A stretch of DNA of 64,000 nt from a virus, in the IMG/VR virus record IMGVR_UViG_3300026097_001139, positions 24,387 through 88,386 of that record. The stretch is one strand, 5' to 3'. The number at the start of each line of letters is the position of its first letter. Positions within the stretch are counted from its first letter, which is position 1. Below, piece after piece: positions 37,324 to 44,830 of the stretch. Both the position numbers and the translations under genes were made by a program. The notes under the pieces were generated by a model, which saw nothing but the letters and a program-made list of their open reading frames with translations, made no database searches and was not told the DNA's origin.

Positions 37324-38688
37324 TTATTTACTTGCCAGAGATAAGAGCAAGTTTTGGTTGGGCTTCGGTTGATTGTCTTCTAGTTGGATATAATGAATGG
37401 AATCTAAGCAATTTTTGATATTATCTTCAATATCAATAAAGTTGCTGTATATGTGTTTATTTATCTCGTTAATATCTAGTTTATCTGCGCCGAAAACAAA
37501 AAAATGCAGTCTTTTGTTGATATAGTCAGGAACAATAGAATAGGACACATCCAAATAATCAGATAAAAATTCGCGCAAGCGACTAAGATCTATTAAATGA
37601 TTCTGTTTCTGGAATAGTGTCAACGGATTACTGATATAATATCCTGTTTTGTTTTTGGTAATCGTGTGCCGTAATTTGCTGGTACTGTTGTTTCTTTTAA
37701 TAACAGTTCCATCTACACAGTGTGTAAATTCTATATCTGTGTCAACGTCTTGCATGCCAAAAGGCACATATGATTCAATCAAGTGTTTGTCTATACAATT
37801 TGAAGCATACACTCCAGTTGAAGCTGTGTAATAAAAGCAGGTAATACTCGTTGCACCATGATCAGTAATTAGCGATTGTGCTGTAGGAATGTCTAGATCG
37901 GCACAGGTAACAAACACAAATTCTGTGCTGAACTCACTGGGTAATGCTTGATTTAAATTTTTTACACTTGATAGATATATGTGAGTGGCACCGATTTTTT
38001 TACAAAATAAGAATTTCTTATACAAATAATTTGTCAAGGTTGTATTGGCAGCAATGTCTGTGTCGTAATAGTGTGTTTTGCAATTAACCAATGCAGGTAA
38101 CGTATATGAAATTAAACTTTGCAACAATGTTCTTGTAGGATGCACTGGCATATCGCTGTCGGTGAACCCAATAGACTTGTTGGTGTACAAGCACTGGTCT
38201 AGGATATCTTTGTGCGTGAGATATACCAGTCCACTGGGATAAACACTGTCATCGCACTGCGTTATAAAGGCATTTTGATTGATGTTTTTTGATTCCGGGA
38301 ACACAGAGTGTACGTTTTCCCACGGTTGAACCACAAAAGATTCTTTAGTAGGAATAACTTGATCTGTTAAGCCAGTGTAATCTACAATTGTTCCAATCAC
38401 GCAATCAATAAAACTATAAAAGTTTCGATCGTGTTTTGATAGTTTTTTTGCATTCGGCATTGCACCGTAGTACACAGGAATACCGTGAGCCCAGCAAGCA
38501 GTCATTGCCGCTGTTGCTGTGAATAAATGATTGGTGTTAATGTACACACACTGTGGTTTTACTGATAAACTCTCTAACTGCTCGTAGTAATAATTTTCTG
38601 CAAGAGTTAAATGATCTCGAGTGTAAATCTTGCCTGAAAAATCAATAAATGTAAGATCTTTATGGAAAAAATCACTTACGCAATTCAT
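37324..38688 (-). CDS. degenerate AMP-binding-like protein (distant paralog of 34793-36211)
   Basis: Similar length and layout (AMTACW..GI, LTHKDI, YTLPAL, FL..Y....Y.IVPDY..KRL.F, KPN..LLL) but no intact P-loop; TGATG-coupled to queE. Confidence 0.5.
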   Translation of the reverse strand: MNCVSDFFHKDLTFIDFSGKIYTRDHLTLAENYYYEQLESLSVKPQCVYINTNHLFTATAAMTACWAHGIPVYYGAMPNAKKLSKHDRNFYSFIDCVIGTIVDYTGLTDQVIPTKESFVVQPWENVHSVFPESKNINQNAFITQCDDSVYPSGLVYLTHKDILDQCLYTNKSIGFTDSDMPVHPTRTLLQSLISYTLPALVNCKTHYYDTDIAANTTLTNYLYKKFLFCKKIGATHIYLSSVKNLNQALPSEFSTEFVFVTCADLDIPTAQSLITDHGATSITCFYYTASTGVYASNCIDKHLIESYVPFGMQDVDTDIEFTHCVDGTVIKRNNSTSKLRHTITKNKTGYYISNPLTLFQKQNHLIDLSRLREFLSDYLDVSYSIVPDYINKRLHFFVFGADKLDINEINKHIYSNFIDIEDNIKNCLDSIHYIQLEDNQPKPNQNLLLSLASK

Positions 38689-39557
38689 CAAGTTCCCCAT
38701 GCGTTTCCAAAGATGTCGACGTGGAGACGGGGCGAATATCTCCATCCCCGCTCCATTGCGAGCTCTGCCACTCTCTGTGTGTTGAGACTGTATTCTTCGC
38801 TACGACCGCCCAATGGCATAACATACACCGGGCACTGGATATTCTCTGCGGCATACTGTGATACAGCAGTGCCAACTTCGTCCACGTCCACTGCATCAGC
38901 AACCACAAACTTAAAATAAATGTCACTGTTGTTAACATCAGCATAAGACCTAGCGACTTCAGGGCATATCGCATCATCCCAGGACTCCCCACTGACTGTG
39001 AGCTTGGGAGAGCAACTCCAGGTGAGTTTAAAACTTCTTTCTGCTTCCAGGCAATCAAGTAATTCTCTCTGAAGAGGCTGTGTGCAATTTGTCTCAATCG
39101 TGACATTTTTCAAATCCTGCATCTTGGGATGTGCAAATAGTTCAGGCCAAAACCGTTGCCACAGCATGGGCTCGCCGCCTGTTAGTATGAGATGGACATC
39201 CTGTCCGCTGGACATGGTCCAACAACCTTCGGGCGTGAGACTGAGCAAGTGTTCTACTACTTCGTCTACGGTTTTATTCATCATGAATTTTTTAAATTCA
39301 GGATAGATACTAGCGTATGTATCACAGCCTGTGTGCACTATGGGTAATTCTTCAAAGGATATATCCCGCTTGTGCACGTCAGTGGCAATTAAGTCTGCTA
39401 CTTCTGGATTGTATTTTTCGCGTTGCCATCCTCTATCTAGACCGAACCCTTGACATCTAAAGTTGCAACCAAAGGTACGCAGGAACACACTGGGCACTCC
39501 TACGTATTGTCCTTCACCTTGTACGCTGTAGAATGCTTCGCTGTAACGTAGATTCAT
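38688..39557 (-). CDS. queE: 7-carboxy-7-deazaguanine synthase
   Basis: EAFYSVQGEG..VGVPSVFLRTFGCNFRC...GCDT, LTGGEP, IETN, SPKL, YSPRLH. Confidence 0.93.
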   Translation of the reverse strand: MNLRYSEAFYSVQGEGQYVGVPSVFLRTFGCNFRCQGFGLDRGWQREKYNPEVADLIATDVHKRDISFEELPIVHTGCDTYASIYPEFKKFMMNKTVDEVVEHLLSLTPEGCWTMSSGQDVHLILTGGEPMLWQRFWPELFAHPKMQDLKNVTIETNCTQPLQRELLDCLEAERSFKLTWSCSPKLTVSGESWDDAICPEVARSYADVNNSDIYFKFVVADAVDVDEVGTAVSQYAAENIQCPVYVMPLGGRSEEYSLNTQRVAELAMERGWRYSPRLHVDIFGNAWGT

Positions 39558-39994
39558 TTCCTGTTATACTTCACTGTGTATTCTTGACCATTGGTCCAAA
39601 ACGTGATGGTAGAATAACTATAAACTTCCATCTGCTGTTCCTCATAGCGGGTTTCGGTTTGGCATTGCGTAGTTGTACCACCAGTGGCATTGGAGTTGTT
39701 GTGGCCAATAGCGCCGCCGAGGATAGCACCGATTTCCGAACCTTTGTCGTGATCGATCTGGTGACCAATGATTCCGCCTAGGATTGCTCCTTTCAATGTA
39801 TCTCCTGTGCGATCTCCTGAAACTGCAACTTCTTTGCAAACTTCTACTGTATAAGGTCGCTGTTTGATCACAGTCTTGTAGTGATCCTGTGTTACACCTC
39901 TTACATTTTCTGCAAATGCAACACTGCTTAAAAAACTGCCGCAAAAAGCAACAACAGCCAAGTGAAAGTATAATTCTTTAAATTTCATATTCAA
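39554..39994 (-). CDS. glycine-zipper 2TM domain exported protein
   Basis: Signal-peptide-like N-terminus; GAILGGIIG...GAILGGAIG. Confidence 0.8.
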   Translation of the reverse strand: MNMKFKELYFHLAVVAFCGSFLSSVAFAENVRGVTQDHYKTVIKQRPYTVEVCKEVAVSGDRTGDTLKGAILGGIIGHQIDHDKGSEIGAILGGAIGHNNSNATGGTTTQCQTETRYEEQQMEVYSYSTITFWTNGQEYTVKYNRK

Positions 39995-39997
39995 TCC

Positions 39998-40552
39998 TCA
40001 AAGTCTCCACCAGTTTTCCCAAGGGAACACAATCCACACATCCTCTTCTAATTTGTTTATTGACTCTGCAATATAATTTACATCAAGTGTGTTTTCACTG
40101 GCTTCGTTGTTGTACAACACTGCAACACGCACATTGCGGTTCCATACAGCGTCCCAAGCTTCGGTTTCATTGGGCAAACATGTACTTTGCCAGTCTTGTT
40201 TGATCCAATTCAGCGTGTGCCCTGAATCGTTGATGTCGTCTACAATTAGAATATTTTTTCTATAATGCGGATCCCATCGCGCTCCGATAGTGGCTTGTTC
40301 TTCTGTGGGCACATATCCAAATGCCTCTTCACTCATCCAGCAGTTGGTTTCGCATTCCTCATGGTCACGCAAACTCACTTTAAGTGTTTGCATAGGCACA
40401 TCAAGATAGTGACTTAGCAGTGTTGCAGGAATTAAGCCACCTCGGGTGATCCCTACAATGTAGTCAGGCAGCCATCCATCTGCTTGAATTTGTCTGGCAA
40501 TCTCCAAGCATTGCCCTGTGACGTCTTGGAAATTTGTGTGTAGTTTTTTCAT
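39998..40552 (-). CDS. type I phosphoribosyltransferase (xanthine/guanine PRT-like)
   Basis: IVGITRGGLIP, PRPP motif ILIVDDINDSGHT, WIVFPWE; start MKKLHT. Confidence 0.9.
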   Translation of the reverse strand: MKKLHTNFQDVTGQCLEIARQIQADGWLPDYIVGITRGGLIPATLLSHYLDVPMQTLKVSLRDHEECETNCWMSEEAFGYVPTEEQATIGARWDPHYRKNILIVDDINDSGHTLNWIKQDWQSTCLPNETEAWDAVWNRNVRVAVLYNNEASENTLDVNYIAESINKLEEDVWIVFPWENWWRL

Positions 40553-41319
40553 AATTTCTTTGCTTTTACTAGTAGGTGCCAACCAAGATACTCTCTCACA
40601 GCATCTCGCATGATTTCAGGCATTGCTTCAAACCACGGTTCAAGTTCAAACTCGCCTGCTTTGTACTTGCTTACATTATACATGAAACAGTGTGCTTGTC
40701 GCAACCTTTCAATGGTCCATTTATCTGAGTCTAGCAACTGTTCAATCTCGTCATGTGTAAACGCTTCTGCATAAGGACAATCTGCTTGTGCTTCAAACTG
40801 ATCCAGTCCTTTGCGAATCATGGCATATTTCCATGAGTTTTTGGCATACACCATAAATCTAAACTCGCCTGCATCTGCTATTACACTGTGAACATTAGCA
40901 ATGGCTTGATCAATGTCAGGATAATGATGAATCACACCATAGCTGTACACTAGATCAAATTCGCCAAGATCACCTAGATCATCTGTGGCACTGTGATTTA
41001 CAAACCGACCTTCTAGACCTAGCACATCAAATCGTTGCCGGCAGATGTCAAGGCTTTGATCGCTGATGTCTATACCAGTATACTCTGCACCGTGACGTGC
41101 AAACTGTTCTGCATCTGTGCCGATACCGCAACCAACTTCAAGCACACGCTTGCCTCGCCACTGGTGGAAACCAGCAAAATCCAAAATATGTGGTTCTGCT
41201 TTGTATCGTTTTGCAGAAACTTCGTTGAAGTATTCTTCTGTGCCTACAGGCTGGGCACTGTGATTGATGTTACAGGGCTGTGCGTTCCAGTAATCGCGAA
41301 TTTTTTGTTCTATCATCAT
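40549..41319 (-). CDS. class I SAM-dependent methyltransferase
   Basis: VLEVGCGIG, GIDIS, FDLVYSYGVIHH. Confidence 0.9.
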   Translation of the reverse strand: MMIEQKIRDYWNAQPCNINHSAQPVGTEEYFNEVSAKRYKAEPHILDFAGFHQWRGKRVLEVGCGIGTDAEQFARHGAEYTGIDISDQSLDICRQRFDVLGLEGRFVNHSATDDLGDLGEFDLVYSYGVIHHYPDIDQAIANVHSVIADAGEFRFMVYAKNSWKYAMIRKGLDQFEAQADCPYAEAFTHDEIEQLLDSDKWTIERLRQAHCFMYNVSKYKAGEFELEPWFEAMPEIMRDAVREYLGWHLLVKAKKL

Positions 41320-42158
41320 AGTCTTGCCACCTGATTGTTAGGATCAAATTCGCGATCCATTCGTTCCCACGGATCCTGTTCTCCTGAGCATACACGTTCC
41401 CACCAACTCATGTCTCGTCCACGACTGTGCAATAACCATGCAATTTTTTGCGCATCTTCCTGTCTACGAGCATGCCATGTAGGGTGATTGAAATCTCTAG
41501 GATCCTGTGGATTGCCTTCCAGCATAATGCGTTTTTCAAAGGTTTCGTCGCCGTTGTTGCCAGTAAGGTCGTGACGATCATGTGTGACCTCTACGTCTAT
41601 GTTTTTCATTATGTCCAGCATAAACGCAACCTGACTGATCCAAGCATCGTTGATCTGATGCGGACTCAATCTACCAAACAGCAACAGCCAATCTCTGGGT
41701 ACAATAGGAAAGATAGCATACGGATGTTCATTGTGGGTGGGCATGCGCAGGATATTGAATTCACCTGTTTCGTCGGCTATACGTCGATCCCAACCTTGGG
41801 TATGCATGATGGCATCATCATTCCAAAACATGATCCAGTTTGCACTGCTACGCTGTGCAAGTCCACTCACATATTCATTAAGTCTTTCGTAGCCCATTCT
41901 TTGGAATTGAAAGATATGGATCGGCGATTGTTGTGCTTCTAGTTCTGGATACAGGTGTTCTTCGCACCATTTGATAGTTTCTACGTCATCGTCGTCCATG
42001 CCCAGCAGGTACTGAACTCGCAACGGCTCTTCTGCCTTTTCCATCAAACTCAGCAAACTGGTTCGCAGTGCTTCTGTGCGTCCTCTAGTGGGTAGTACCA
42101 CTGCAACATCATAGGGCAAAGGTGCCCACCAGGTGTTTGTGATTTTTTTGTCTGTCAT
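41316..42158 (-). CDS. GT-A fold (GT2-like) glycosyltransferase
   Basis: VVLPTRGR, MDDDD, FWNDD. Confidence 0.78.
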   Translation of the reverse strand: MTDKKITNTWWAPLPYDVAVVLPTRGRTEALRTSLLSLMEKAEEPLRVQYLLGMDDDDVETIKWCEEHLYPELEAQQSPIHIFQFQRMGYERLNEYVSGLAQRSSANWIMFWNDDAIMHTQGWDRRIADETGEFNILRMPTHNEHPYAIFPIVPRDWLLLFGRLSPHQINDAWISQVAFMLDIMKNIDVEVTHDRHDLTGNNGDETFEKRIMLEGNPQDPRDFNHPTWHARRQEDAQKIAWLLHSRGRDMSWWERVCSGEQDPWERMDREFDPNNQVARL

Positions 42159-42166
42159 AGTGTCCT

Positions 42167-42754
42167 TTATTGACTGTTTAGTCTATTCAGTAAATCTTGT
42201 GGCGCTTCCCAGTGCCACTTGGATTTCTGCGGTAGTACATCTCCGCTGGGCATTTTACGCTGTGCATCTGCTCGTGCAGTGTCTTGATCTACTTTACACA
42301 TTGCATCGTTGCGTTCATGCTCGTACACTCGAACACACTCTACATAACAGCGTCCGTTTGTAATCTTGTAGATATAGTGATTGACATGTTCCCAAATAAA
42401 CACACTGCTCATTTCCATGCTTACACCACTGGGTAGCACTCGCAGTGTACCCAGGATGCCTCCTGCTGATGTAAGTTCTTCTGGAATAGTGTTCAATCTT
42501 GGATCATCAGCGGGTAGTACTGTAACGTGATCAAAATAGTATTCCAAAAACTCTTTCACAGGTTTCAATCCACCAAACGGCACAATCCAACCATGTTCGT
42601 CTGGTTCGCCCGCGAATGTGAATTCTACACTTCTGTCATAACCATGCACCTGCGCACAATGTCCTGGCGTGCCGTCTTCGTTGGCATCAAACCATTGTGC
42701 ATGACCGCATGGTAAATTTTTGTATACTTTGGTTGATTTAATCTTAATACCCAT
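42167..42754 (-). CDS. queD: 6-carboxy-5,6,7,8-tetrahydropterin synthase
   Basis: GHAQ, HCAQVHGY, FGGLK..K..L...FDH, SME, VRVYEH..N. Confidence 0.88.
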   Translation of the reverse strand: MGIKIKSTKVYKNLPCGHAQWFDANEDGTPGHCAQVHGYDRSVEFTFAGEPDEHGWIVPFGGLKPVKEFLEYYFDHVTVLPADDPRLNTIPEELTSAGGILGTLRVLPSGVSMEMSSVFIWEHVNHYIYKITNGRCYVECVRVYEHERNDAMCKVDQDTARADAQRKMPSGDVLPQKSKWHWEAPQDLLNRLNSQ

Positions 42755-42781
42755 CTCTTGCCTCCTTGTGAGTAAGTTTGA

Positions 42782-42830
42782 TGGCAGCAGAATCTTTTAA
42801 GTGGGATGACGCCAAGGCCACTAAGTGGAT
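42782..42830 (-). ncRNA. candidate cis-regulatory pseudoknot RNA (preQ1-I-like architecture) upstream of queD
   Basis: P1 AGTGG/CCACT, 13-nt loop CCTTGGCGTCATC, A-rich linker TAAAAGA, P2 TGGCG/TGCCA; between TAAATA (42838-42843) and SD AAGGAGG. Confidence 0.45.
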
Positions 42831-42840
42831 GTGGAGATAT

Positions 42841-43254
42841 TTAGCATCCAGCATCTTCAACTTCAATATCTTCAGGAGCTTTTGTATAGTCTCCTTGACC
42901 GGCTACGCAGTGTCTAATGCCGCCACGTGGATTCTCTGTATCACCGTCTCGGCGCAAGATTAGATGCACATGCGGATACATACAGGTCTGACCGGCACTC
43001 TCGCCCATGTTTATGCCCACATTGTATCCTGTTACAGTGTTTGCATCACTGTCTACATTTTTATTGCCCATTTCTAGTGCATATCTAAAACACTTGTTAA
43101 TTGATGCTAGATCTGCAGATTTTGGCACAACCAGAGTGTGTCCTGGTGTTACAGGAAATCCATCGTTGTATACAACAAAATCAGTGGTATCTAGTACTTC
43201 GTCTGCCCAAGGGGCTCTTCCGTCCGCTTGTGCTCTTTCAAGTGTGTCAACCAT
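42841..43254 (-). CDS. HIT family hydrolase
   Basis: DGFPVTPGHTLVVPK, GYNVGINMGESAGQT, YPHVHLI. Confidence 0.9.
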   Translation of the reverse strand: MVDTLERAQADGRAPWADEVLDTTDFVVYNDGFPVTPGHTLVVPKSADLASINKCFRYALEMGNKNVDSDANTVTGYNVGINMGESAGQTCMYPHVHLILRRDGDTENPRGGIRHCVAGQGDYTKAPEDIEVEDAGC

Positions 43255-43421
43255 TCTTTGCGTTTTCCTTTCATGTCGGGTTTAACTTCTATGTGTTTTA
43301 ATTCACTTAAATGGAAGTCTGGGTTTTGTTCATAGAACTTTTCGCAGGCTTCAATGTGATTGGTTGCTTTGATTCTTTTTGGTGGTCTGCCTTTGGTAAA
43401 AAATATATAAGTGTCAGTCAT
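43191..43421 (-). CDS. hypothetical protein
   Basis: 76-aa ORF; long overlap with HIT gene. Confidence 0.45.
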   Translation of the reverse strand: MTDTYIFFTKGRPPKRIKATNHIEACEKFYEQNPDFHLSELKHIEVKPDMKGKRKEWLTHLKEHKRTEEPLGQTKY

Positions 43422-43728
43422 CGTCCTTGACCAATGAAAAGGTCCCGTTTTCGTTGTCTATCCATTTGAGATTGGTGCCCGGCTTCCAGCCTAGTTCTGT
43501 TAGTAGATGTTCCGGTAGAGGCATGATCAAATCACCATTGTCATCTTCCTCTAGCGTTACAGTGTCAGTGCTAGGTCGTTCTACAACTGTGGCATGCTCT
43601 CCCCACAACTGAGCCTGTTTTTCAGCATCTTCTAGCAAATCGTAGTACAGAATTTCAGGACCTTGTGGGCCTTCTTTGGTTACAAACAAGTAATCATCAT
43701 CAAATGGTACTTTAATTGCGTATTTCAT
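43414..43728 (-). CDS. hypothetical protein with C-terminal AbrB/MazE-like domain
   Basis: GDLIMPLPEHLLTELGWKPGTNLKW. Confidence 0.7.
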   Translation of the reverse strand: MKYAIKVPFDDDYLFVTKEGPQGPEILYYDLLEDAEKQAQLWGEHATVVERPSTDTVTLEEDDNGDLIMPLPEHLLTELGWKPGTNLKWIDNENGTFSLVKDDD

Positions 43729-43964
43729 TCTTGATTATTCTCGTCTTCCCAGCGCATGATAACATTTGAAAATCCCCAGTTCGTGGGGGAATACTCAGAA
43801 ACATATTCTTCCCGAAATTTTATAACTTCATCCATCTGTTCTGCTGTAAGTTCTAAAACATCTTCTACACCGTAGTGCTCGCACAAGTGTTCTTCTAAAC
43901 CTTCTGTGACATCGCGCTCGATATTTTCTTCCCACTTGTGCATTCTTGGCCATTCAAAACTCAT
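43725..43964 (-). CDS. hypothetical protein
   Basis: 79 aa acidic, ATGA overlaps. Confidence 0.65.
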   Translation of the reverse strand: MSFEWPRMHKWEENIERDVTEGLEEHLCEHYGVEDVLELTAEQMDEVIKFREEYVSEYSPTNWGFSNVIMRWEDENNQE

Positions 43965-44056
43965 AATACAAAATCCTGTACAAATCCTAATACGCCTAAA
44001 CTCAGTGCAACAAGTAAAAATACCTGTGCCAATCTTGCCGCAATATAATCACTCAT
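43961..44056 (-). CDS. small membrane peptide (31 aa)
   Basis: MSDYIAARLAQVFLLVALSLGVLGFVQDFVL; ATGA overlaps on both sides. Confidence 0.6.
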   Translation of the reverse strand: MSDYIAARLAQVFLLVALSLGVLGFVQDFVL

Positions 44057-44751
44057 CGTGGTGCAAACTCCTGTTGCAGTTTGATATTGTCCATAAACTC
44101 TTTCTTGGTTGCACTGTCTTCTTTAAACGCACCTTTTAACACTGTGGTTTGTGTAAGACTGCTATGTGCCATAATGCCGCGATTCTCGCAACAACCATGC
44201 GTGGCCTGAATATAAACGCCTACATCTCCCGAGCCAGTGGCGTCCATAATCTCTCGTGCAATGTCCATAGCAAGTTCTTCTTGCAGTGTTCCACGTCGAG
44301 CACACCATTGTGCAATACGAGTGTACTTGCTCAAGCCAATAAGTGTGTCCGCGGCAATAATACCGATATATGCAACACCTGTAACCGGCTGATGATGATG
44401 TGAACACACACTCTTAAGCTCGCTTCGAACTACCAACATACCGTCGTATGCGTCTTCTGTAACATTAGGAAATGCAGTTGCGTTAGGACGAGGATCATAA
44501 CGTCCTTGCATCAGTTCATTTATGTACATCTTGGCAAGTCGACGACCTGTGTCCATGGAGTTAGGATCAGTCTGCCTGTCAATAATTAGTGAATCTAGCA
44601 CACTTTCAAACTTTACGGTAAGTTCGTCAATCAGCAGTTCTTTTTCGCCAGGCTCAATCCACTGGCTAATATTGTCTCCAGCCCAGTAACGGCCGTACAT
44701 GTCACCGGCGATGCGGTCTCTAATAGTTGATGAAATAGATTTGTTTGTCAT
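44053..44751 (-). CDS. folE: GTP cyclohydrolase I
   Basis: SVCSHHHQP, IGLSKYTRI, ARRGTLQEEL, ATHGCCENRG, TQTTVLKGAF. Confidence 0.95.
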   Translation of the reverse strand: MTNKSISSTIRDRIAGDMYGRYWAGDNISQWIEPGEKELLIDELTVKFESVLDSLIIDRQTDPNSMDTGRRLAKMYINELMQGRYDPRPNATAFPNVTEDAYDGMLVVRSELKSVCSHHHQPVTGVAYIGIIAADTLIGLSKYTRIAQWCARRGTLQEELAMDIAREIMDATGSGDVGVYIQATHGCCENRGIMAHSSLTQTTVLKGAFKEDSATKKEFMDNIKLQQEFAPR

Positions 44752-44801
44752 TGTTTCTCCGAGTTATAGACGAGGATGTCTCGAACTATATTAACATTAA
44801 T

Positions 44802-44830
44802 ATAGTATGGTATTTAGACAATTTTGTCAA
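44802..44830 (-). promoter_or_regulatory. nested sigma70 plus late promoter for folE
   Basis: TTGACA-17 nt-TACTAT with CTAAATA (44811-44817) inside the spacer. Confidence 0.7.
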
